This document shows, one piece after another, positions 57,463 through 64,000 of a DNA stretch of 64,000 nt. The stretch is taken from the NCBI GenBank assembly GCA_964457465.1, contig CAYWEJ010000002.1, forward strand, positions 15 through 64,014, written 5' to 3'. The stretch comes from an uncultured Gammaproteobacteria bacterium. Lineage in GTDB: Bacteria > Patescibacteriota > Microgenomatia > Levybacterales > UBA12049. Position 1 is the first letter of the stretch. Each line of letters opens with the position of its first letter. The position numbers and the translations under genes are program-made. The notes under the pieces were generated by a model, which did no database searches, had not been told where the DNA came from, and worked only from the letters and a program-made list of their open reading frames with translations.

Positions 57463-58881
57463 CTAGCCAATTCTTGGGAAAAGGGGAGCTGAGCTTTTAA
57501 TCTCACCTGAGAATTGCTTAAGAATCTTTTCTGATGTTTCGGGTAAGAAAGGTTGAATAGAAAAAGCGATCGTCCTAATCTTTTTAATAATATCAACCAA
57601 GATTGGATTCGCTTCTTCTGAAGAAAGCTTCCATGGTTTTTTGTCGTTCAATAATCTGTCTGCTTTCGCTATTTCCTGCCATTGAGATTCAAGAGCGACA
57701 TTGAACTGAAACTTTTCCATAAAATTAGCTACGTCAGGATCTAGACTTGGATGTGTGTCTTCAAATGTTAGCTTATTATTTTCTGCCAATTTTGCGACAC
57801 GAGCAGCGAGGTTGCCAAGGCCGTTTGCAAGGTCTGAGTTGTACGCTTCTTTTAATTTCTCTTCTGAAAAATCACCATCCTGAAAAGGTGAAATTTTTGC
57901 AAGACAGTAGTACCTGAGAGCATCAGATCCATATTTTTCTATCATATCCAGTGGATTTACGACGTTGCCAAGTGTTTTGGACATCTTTTGGCCATTAACA
58001 GTGAAGTACTCATGAACAAATAGTTTTTTTGGTACCTCAAGCCCAGCAGAATGGAGGATAGCTGGCCAGTAGACAGCGTGAAATCTAATAATCCCCTTCC
58101 CTATCACATGAAGATCAGCTGGCCACCATTTTTGATAGGTATCGTTGTTGCTACTAAATCCAATGCCCGATTGATATATATTGAGTGCATCAAACCAGAC
58201 ATAAATACGTTGATCAGGATCTCCCGGTACTGGTACTCCCCAATTTTTTGCCCTTTTATTGCTTCGAGAGATACTGAAATCTTCAAGCCCTGATTTGATA
58301 AAAGATACTATTTCATTTTTACGGAATTCTGGAACAATTTCATAGGTGTTTGTTTGTATGAGATTCAGAAGAAAGTCCTGATATTTTGAAAGTTTGAAAA
58401 AATAGTTTTCCTCTTCAACTTCTTCAAGCTGTTTGCCCGGGTGCTCAAAACACTCTCCATTTTCGTTAAGCTCGCTCTTGCTTTTGAACTCTTCACACCC
58501 AACACAATAAAGACCTTTATACGATTTTTTATAGATGTCATCATTTTTTGCGCATAACTTCCATAACTCTTGGCTAGCTGCATGATGATTGCTGCTACTC
58601 CCCTTTTGAAAAACATCAAAATGGATCTGCAAAGCCTCAGCTAATTTTTGGAATTCTTTTGCATGCTCATCAATAAATGATTGAATATCTTTATTTTCTT
58701 TTTCAGCTGCCTGGACATTTTTGATAGCATTTTCGTCTGATCCGCAAAGATAGAAAACCTCGTTACCAAGAAGTCGTTGATAGCGATTAACGACGTCTGA
58801 TTGTATAAATTCAAGTGCGTGACCAATATGTGGCTGAGCATTTACGTAAGGAATAGAGTTAGTTATATAGAATTTATTCAT
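57463..58881 (-). CDS. metG: Methionine--tRNA ligase (short form)
   Basis: 472 aa. PHIGH, zinc knuckle CVGCEEF...C, KMSKT. Confidence 0.92.
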   Translation of the reverse strand: MNKFYITNSIPYVNAQPHIGHALEFIQSDVVNRYQRLLGNEVFYLCGSDENAIKNVQAAEKENKDIQSFIDEHAKEFQKLAEALQIHFDVFQKGSSSNHHAASQELWKLCAKNDDIYKKSYKGLYCVGCEEFKSKSELNENGECFEHPGKQLEEVEEENYFFKLSKYQDFLLNLIQTNTYEIVPEFRKNEIVSFIKSGLEDFSISRSNKRAKNWGVPVPGDPDQRIYVWFDALNIYQSGIGFSSNNDTYQKWWPADLHVIGKGIIRFHAVYWPAILHSAGLEVPKKLFVHEYFTVNGQKMSKTLGNVVNPLDMIEKYGSDALRYYCLAKISPFQDGDFSEEKLKEAYNSDLANGLGNLAARVAKLAENNKLTFEDTHPSLDPDVANFMEKFQFNVALESQWQEIAKADRLLNDKKPWKLSSEEANPILVDIIKKIRTIAFSIQPFLPETSEKILKQFSGEIKSSAPLFPRIG

Positions 58882-58926
58882 AGTATGTGGATTGTACCAG
58901 AGTAATTAGCCTCAATCAACTTCAGC

Positions 58927-59262
58927 TTAAACCTTCTTGCTAGTAAAAAAAAGTTCAAGTGTTAATAGTATGCCAATAAGAAGAATAATAAATAGCGGAT
59001 GAGTTAGTTTAAGAGCTCGGAAAAGAAAAAAACCTACAAGAAATAGAGAAAAAAATATACCATGCTTTTTCTTTTTAAGAAAAAAAACTGGAAAAGAATA
59101 TCCTGCTAATAAAAGCAATACAAGAAAAGTCCACGTCGCAGGCAGTGGAACAAAAAGGTTTATATTTGCCGTTGGTGCAGTTGTTGTAAAAAGAAATATT
59201 ATGGAAATTAAAGAAATAATGCCAGTAATAAGATAGAGAATATTTCTTTTTTTTCTTCTCAT
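58927..59262 (-). CDS. Small hypothetical membrane protein
   Basis: 111 aa, three hydrophobic helices. Confidence 0.4.
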   Translation of the reverse strand: MRRKKRNILYLITGIISLISIIFLFTTTAPTANINLFVPLPATWTFLVLLLLAGYSFPVFFLKKKKHGIFFSLFLVGFFLFRALKLTHPLFIILLIGILLTLELFFTSKKV

Positions 59263-59303
59263 ATATCAAGCATAAATCTTTTTAAAGAGGCTGGCAACGC
59301 CCC

Positions 59304-59340
59304 TTGACAAAAAATAGCACTCTTGTTATTATACTGCTAA
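59304..59340 (+). promoter_or_regulatory. hrcA promoter (TTGACA-17-TATTAT) overlapping a CIRCE-like inverted repeat
   Basis: TTGACA at 59304-59309 and TATTAT at 59327-59332. ATAGCACTC-N9-TACTGCTAA at 59314-59340, compared with the CIRCE consensus TTAGCACTC-N9-GAGTGCTAA. Confidence 0.6.
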
Positions 59341-59351
59341 TTGTTTCAGTT

Positions 59352-60086
59352 ATGCATAACTTGACTCAAAGACAAATTGAGATCCTTAAAGCGATTATTG
59401 AAGAATATATCGAGACAGCAGAGCCTGTTGGTTCTGAGACCCTTGAAAAAAAATATAGTCTAAGCGCTTCTCCTGCAACTATTCGAAATGAGATGGTTAG
59501 GCTTTCAGAGTTTGGTTATTTAAAAAAACCTCATTCTTCAGCTGGGCGTGTTCCAACGCCTGAGGGAATGAAATTTTATGTTTCTCAGTTGATGAAGGAG
59601 AAAGTGCTTTCGACTATTGAAGAAGTAGCATTGAAAGAAAAGGTATGGGATTATCGAGAGAGAATGCAGCGCTTCCTGAAGGAGGCAACGAGATCTCTTG
59701 CTGAGAAAACAGGAGCATTAGCTGTTGCTACATCTCACGATGGTGACGTCTTCGTATCTGGTTATTCTAATATCCTTGAGATGCCTGAGTTCTACGACAT
59801 TGATATTACCAAAGAGCTATTGTCAGCAATTGATGAGTCAGAATTCCTCTTTGATCTTTGTCGAAGAATGACGCAGGAAGGCGAAGAGATTAACATCCTT
59901 ATAGGAGATGATTTTGGAACTAGGCTTCAGGGGCCATATAGCTTTGTCTATACTCATTACGAAACACCAATGCATGGAGCTGGAGAGATAGGGGTAATTG
60001 GGCCTGTAAGGCTTAATTACAATGTTGTTGTCCCGACGGTGAGGTATTTTGGAGATCTTATTGAATCAATTGCAAAAGGTTGGTAA
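59352..60086 (+). CDS. hrcA: Heat-inducible transcription repressor HrcA
   Basis: The start is set at the ATG at 59352. The track's 59304 start is the TTG of the promoter -35. Winged-helix N-terminus and HrcA C-terminal domain. Confidence 0.85.
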   Translation: MHNLTQRQIEILKAIIEEYIETAEPVGSETLEKKYSLSASPATIRNEMVRLSEFGYLKKPHSSAGRVPTPEGMKFYVSQLMKEKVLSTIEEVALKEKVWDYRERMQRFLKEATRSLAEKTGALAVATSHDGDVFVSGYSNILEMPEFYDIDITKELLSAIDESEFLFDLCRRMTQEGEEINILIGDDFGTRLQGPYSFVYTHYETPMHGAGEIGVIGPVRLNYNVVVPTVRYFGDLIESIAKGW

Positions 60087-60094
60087 AAAAGAAT

Positions 60095-60571
60095 ATGTCT
60101 GATGGAAAAATAAAAAGAAAAACAGAAGAAGTATTAGAGGCTGAGGAACAAGAAGAAATAAGTCGTAGTTCTGAATCTGAATGGGAAGATAAGTATAAAA
60201 GAGTGCTTGCTGACTACCAGAACCTTGAGAAAAGAGTGCGTGATGAAAGGGTTGAGTTAATTCGGTCTTCAAATAGAGAATTACTCTTGAGATTTTTGCC
60301 AATTTTAGATACAGTATTACTTGCAAAGCAACACGAGGATAATCAAAATCTAAAAATTGTTGAAGATCAATTCTTGGCAGTTCTCAAGACAGACGGAGTA
60401 GTAAGAATAAAGACAGTCGGGGAACAATTTGATCCAACTACTATGGAGGTTGTTACAACAGCGAAGGGAAATGAAGGAATTGTTATACAAGAAGTACGCC
60501 CAGGCTACTTGTTGTATGATAGATTGCTTCGTCCAGCACAAGTAATAGTAGGAAACGGCGAGAAAAATTAA
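60095..60571 (+). CDS. grpE: Nucleotide exchange factor GrpE
   Basis: Coiled coil plus a C-terminal beta domain. ATG at 60095; the TTG at 60080 is the alternative. Confidence 0.88.
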   Translation: MSDGKIKRKTEEVLEAEEQEEISRSSESEWEDKYKRVLADYQNLEKRVRDERVELIRSSNRELLLRFLPILDTVLLAKQHEDNQNLKIVEDQFLAVLKTDGVVRIKTVGEQFDPTTMEVVTTAKGNEGIVIQEVRPGYLLYDRLLRPAQVIVGNGEKN

Positions 60572-60572
60572 T

Positions 60573-62474
60573 ATGGCAAAAATAATTGGTATTGATTTAG
60601 GTACAACAAATTCATGCGTTGCGGTTATGGAGGGTGGATCACCAAAAGTAATTCATTCTGCAGAAGGACGAAACGTTATTCCGTCAGTTGTTGATCCAAA
60701 GACACATGTTGTTGGTGATGTTGCAAAACGTCAGATGGTTCTGAAGCCAAAAGAGACTTTATTTTCAATTAAGCGCTTGATGGGTAAGAAGTTTTCTGAT
60801 GCTTCGGTTAAAGAAGACATGAAATGGCTTCCATACACTGTTAAGGCAGGAAGAGATGGTATGGCAGTTGTTGAAGTTGATGGAAAAACTTACACTCCTC
60901 AGGAAATATCTGCGATGATTCTTCAAAAAATTAAATCAGACGCTGAGGCGTATCTGGGTGATAAAGTTACTGAGGCAGTTATTACAGTTCCTGCATATTT
61001 TGACGATAGTCAGCGTCAGGCTACTAAGCAAGCTGGTGAGATTGCCGGGCTTGATGTAAAGCGTATAATCAATGAACCAACAGCAGCAGCTCTTTCCTAT
61101 GGTTTGGATAAGAAAAACGCTCATACAATCGCAGTCTATGATCTTGGTGGAGGAACATTTGATATCTCAATTTTGGAACTTGGCGATGGGGTATATGAAG
61201 TTAAATCTACTAACGGCGACACTCATCTCGGAGGAGATGACTTTGATCAGGTAATTATTTCTCACCTTGCTGATGAATTTAAAAAGGAAAATGCTATTGA
61301 TCTTCGAAATGATCCTCAAGCACTCCAGAGATTAAAAGAGTCTGCTGAAAAAGCAAAAATTGAGCTCTCGTCATCACAGGAGGCACAAATTAATCAGCCA
61401 TTTATTACCCAAGGACCAAATGGTCCGCTTCATCTCACTATGACTCTAACAAGAGCAAAGCTTGAACAGTTGGTTGACGACCTGGTTCAAAAAACACTCA
61501 AACCTGTTGAGCAGGCAATTAAGGACGCTGGTATCAAGACAAGTGATGTTGATGAAGTTGTGTTGGTAGGAGGTATGACTCGTATGCCAAAAATTGCGGA
61601 GACTGTCTCTAAATTCTTTGGTAAAGAGCCTAATAAATCAGTAAATCCTGATGAGGTTGTTGCTGTGGGTGCTGCAGTACAGGGAGGAGTGCTTTCAGGC
61701 GATGTAAAAGACGTATTGCTTCTTGATGTTACGCCACTAACACTTGGTATCGAGACAATGGGCAGTGTTGCAACACCTCTTATCTCTAGAAATACAACTA
61801 TTCCCACATCAAAGTCTCAAGTTTTCTCAACTGCAGCTGATAATCAAACGCAAGTAGAGATCAATGTGCTTCAGGGAGAGCGCCCAATGGCTGCCGATAA
61901 TAAATCCCTTGGTAGATTTATCTTGGACGGTATACCTCCAGCTCCTCGAGGCATGCCTCAGATAGAGGTTACCTTTGATATCGATGCTAATGGCATTTTG
62001 AATGTTAAAGCAAAGGATAAAGCTACTGGCAAAGAACAAAGTATTAAAATCACAGGCTCTACTGGCCTATCAAAAGAAGAAGTTGAGAAGATGACAAAAG
62101 AGGCTGAGCTTCACGCAAAAGAAGATGAGGAGAAGAAAGCGCAGGTTGAAACAAGAAATCAGGCGGACTCTCTTATTTTTACTGCTGAAAAATCTCTTAA
62201 GGACGCAGGCGATAAGGTTTCAGAAGACGTAAAGAAAGAGATTGAAGAGAAAATTAAGAATCTTAAAGATATCTTAGATACTGGGTCAAAAGAGGAAATT
62301 GAAACAAAGACTAAAGAGCTTTCAGATCACCTTCAAAAAATTGGTGAAGCTATGTATAAAGATCAAGCCGCATCTGCGGACGCTAATTCATCAGAAGCAA
62401 GCTCAGAGGAGAAGAAAGAAGCGAAGGATAATAATGAGCCTGTTGAAGGTGAGGTAGTCGATGGCCGAAACTAA
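60573..62474 (+). CDS. dnaK: Chaperone DnaK (Hsp70)
   Basis: 633 aa. [18 protein letters not shown] and the remaining canonical Hsp70 motifs. Confidence 0.97.
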   Translation: MAKIIGIDLGTTNSCVAVMEGGSPKVIHSAEGRNVIPSVVDPKTHVVGDVAKRQMVLKPKETLFSIKRLMGKKFSDASVKEDMKWLPYTVKAGRDGMAVVEVDGKTYTPQEISAMILQKIKSDAEAYLGDKVTEAVITVPAYFDDSQRQATKQAGEIAGLDVKRIINEPTAAALSYGLDKKNAHTIAVYDLGGGTFDISILELGDGVYEVKSTNGDTHLGGDDFDQVIISHLADEFKKENAIDLRNDPQALQRLKESAEKAKIELSSSQEAQINQPFITQGPNGPLHLTMTLTRAKLEQLVDDLVQKTLKPVEQAIKDAGIKTSDVDEVVLVGGMTRMPKIAETVSKFFGKEPNKSVNPDEVVAVGAAVQGGVLSGDVKDVLLLDVTPLTLGIETMGSVATPLISRNTTIPTSKSQVFSTAADNQTQVEINVLQGERPMAADNKSLGRFILDGIPPAPRGMPQIEVTFDIDANGILNVKAKDKATGKEQSIKITGSTGLSKEEVEKMTKEAELHAKEDEEKKAQVETRNQADSLIFTAEKSLKDAGDKVSEDVKKEIEEKIKNLKDILDTGSKEEIETKTKELSDHLQKIGEAMYKDQAASADANSSEASSEEKKEAKDNNEPVEGEVVDGRN

Positions 62475-62898
62475 ACCTGAATTTGTCCAAGCCCCTATTC
62501 ATATAGTTGATAATCCTTCAAATAAGGAGCAACCCCCTGTTAGCGTGTCATCTCCGGTTGACACTGTACCGAGTAAAATTCTTGATTTAAATGATCAAGC
62601 TCGATTGGACGAGCTAGGAAAAGAAATCGAAAGATTATCAAATCAAGGTCAACCAACAATCCATTTGCAGCGTGAGATTGCTAGAATTCGTGGCGAGGAA
62701 GTGCCTTCAGTAAGAAGAAAAGACGGACCATATTTAGAGGATATTATGCCTAGAGAACAAATTGAAGAAAATTTGAGAAACGGTCTTCCTGCAAGTTATA
62801 GCCCACTTCATATAAGGACCGGTCAAGAGGCACGAGGAGATAGAAGTCCAACATGGAGAGGTCCAAGGCGAAGATCTACTACAGAGAGAACAAAGTAA
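62461..62898 (+). CDS. Hypothetical protein encoded between dnaK and dnaJ
   Basis: 145 aa. The ATG overlaps the dnaK stop and the ORF fills the whole dnaK-dnaJ gap. Coiled-coil-like middle region and an Arg/Pro-rich basic C-terminus. Confidence 0.5.
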   Translation: MAETKPEFVQAPIHIVDNPSNKEQPPVSVSSPVDTVPSKILDLNDQARLDELGKEIERLSNQGQPTIHLQREIARIRGEEVPSVRRKDGPYLEDIMPREQIEENLRNGLPASYSPLHIRTGQEARGDRSPTWRGPRRRSTTERTK

Positions 62899-62914
62899 TA
62901 TTACATGAACTACT

Positions 62915-63790
62915 ATGGCACAAGATTATTATTCACTACTAGGTGTAACTAAATCCTCAAGTGCAGATGAGATTAAAAAAGCTTATCGCAAATTAGCGCT
63001 GCAGTACCACCCTGATCGTAACAAAACCAAGGAAGGTGAAGAAAAATTCAAGGAAATAACAAAGGCTTATGAGGTGCTTTCTGATGTCCAGAAGAGACAG
63101 GCATATGATCAATACGGTTCGGCAGCTTTTGAACAGGGAGGTCCAGGTGCTGGAGGGCCTTTTGGTGGGTTTGGTGGATTCAATCAGCAAGGCCCTTTTA
63201 GTTATACCTATTCAACTAATGGGCAAGGGTTTGATTTTGGGGGATTCTCAGACCCATTTGAAATATTTGAGCAATTTTTTGGTGGCGCATCACCATTTGG
63301 TAGAAGCCAGAGGCGTCCTGTTTATTCTCTATCTATTACCTTTATGGAGGCTGTAAAAGGCACTGAAAAAGAGGTCGAAATAGAAGGTAAAAAGCAAAAG
63401 ATAAAAGTTCCTGCAGGAGTTGATAGCGGAACAAGGATGAGATTTGATAATTTTGATGTTGTTTTTGATGTAAAGTCAGACAAAAGATTTCATCGTGAAG
63501 GTTCAGACGTAATTACAGAGGAAATACTTACATTTCCTCAAGTTGCGCTGGGGAGCGAGATAACAGTTGAAACAGTACAAGGACCTGTGACGATAAAAGT
63601 CCCTGCAGGAACCCAGCCTGAGACATTAATTCGTCTTCGAGAAAAGGGAATTAACAGGTTAAGAAGTAGTGGTAAAGGAGATCATTATGTGAAGGTTAAG
63701 GTAGAAATCCCCAAAAATTTAACACGAAAACAAAAAGAATTGCTCGAAAGTTTTGACTCAGACACCAAAAGGCAAAAAAGTTGGTTTTAA
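62915..63790 (+). CDS. dnaJ: Chaperone DnaJ lacking the CxxCxGxG zinc-finger domain
   Basis: 291 aa. J-domain (YYSLLGV...YHPDRN), a G/F-rich region and C-terminal substrate-binding domains. No Cys repeats. Confidence 0.9.
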   Translation: MAQDYYSLLGVTKSSSADEIKKAYRKLALQYHPDRNKTKEGEEKFKEITKAYEVLSDVQKRQAYDQYGSAAFEQGGPGAGGPFGGFGGFNQQGPFSYTYSTNGQGFDFGGFSDPFEIFEQFFGGASPFGRSQRRPVYSLSITFMEAVKGTEKEVEIEGKKQKIKVPAGVDSGTRMRFDNFDVVFDVKSDKRFHREGSDVITEEILTFPQVALGSEITVETVQGPVTIKVPAGTQPETLIRLREKGINRLRSSGKGDHYVKVKVEIPKNLTRKQKELLESFDSDTKRQKSWF

Positions 63791-63811
63791 GATTTTTTCC
63801 TCTCCATTTTA

Positions 63812-63840
63812 TTGTAATTTCAACGTTAAGTTCGTATACT
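63812..63840 (+). promoter_or_regulatory. sigma70-like promoter (TTGTAA-17-TATACT) downstream of dnaJ
   Basis: TTGTAA at 63812-63817, a 17-nt spacer, TATACT at 63835-63840. It precedes the ORF that starts at 63878. Confidence 0.4.
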
Positions 63841-63877
63841 TTAGTTACATCGCGCCTTTAGTTGGTGCTTTATTGTT

Positions 63878-64000
63878 ATGAAAATTGTCTCTGCCCGACA
63901 ATGGTTTGATAAAAAATCCCCCCTCTTCTTTGTTGGAGTAGCTCAAGCTGCTGACGCTGTGAAGCCTTGCGATATAAGAACATCAGCGATGACGCAACTT
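63878..64000 (+). CDS. Hypothetical protein, N-terminal 41 aa; runs off the window end
   Basis: ATG at 63878, reading MKIVSARQWFDKKSPLFFVGVAQAADAVKPCDIRTSAMTQL with no stop before position 64000. Confidence 0.3.
   Translation, partial: MKIVSARQWFDKKSPLFFVGVAQAADAVKPCDIRTSAMTQL

Noticed and set aside
1-64000. Alternative genetic code (UGA as Gly, as in Gracilibacteria/SR1)
   Set aside because: Multiple conserved genes end at TGA with normal protein lengths. Full-length ribosomal and housekeeping proteins are obtained under the standard code.

Overview
This window reads as a small-genome, low-GC (roughly 37-38%) bacterium using the standard genetic code, most consistent with a Candidate Phyla Radiation / Patescibacteria lineage; that lineage call is inference. 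The plus strand from 777 to 18638 carries tuf followed by a collinear S10-spc-alpha ribosomal protein superoperon: rpsJ through rplO, then secY, adk, cmk, map, infA, rpmJ, rpsM, rpsK, rpsD, rpoA, rplQ, then rplM and rpsI. L30 is absent, S14 is the zinc type, and cmk sits between adk and map. The rest is a mosaic of housekeeping genes (obg, hflX, recA-recX-rny, HU, tsaD, rmuC, greA, murB, class I lysK, metG, tatD, and hrcA-grpE-dnaK-dnaJ with a CIRCE operator) and accessory or envelope genes. The accessory set includes a DUF360 holin-like protein, a class A beta-lactamase-fold hydrolase, a DUF2207 protein, a three-repeat topoisomerase-type zinc-ribbon protein, a VanW protein, an orphan solute-binding protein, an ABC-2 exporter, a UvrD-family helicase fused to a Cas4/RecB-type nuclease, and a polyprenyl-phosphate glycosylation cluster (UbiA/DPPR-synthase-like, GT4, GT-C and GT2). 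Three items the six-frame track misses or mis-frames are an RNase P RNA gene on the minus strand (36311-36671), tRNA-Pro(GGG) next to recA, and rpmJ (L36). The window starts inside a minus-strand gene whose protein has a canonical J-domain followed by what looks like the start of a protein-kinase domain. No CRISPR array, integrase or transposase was found.
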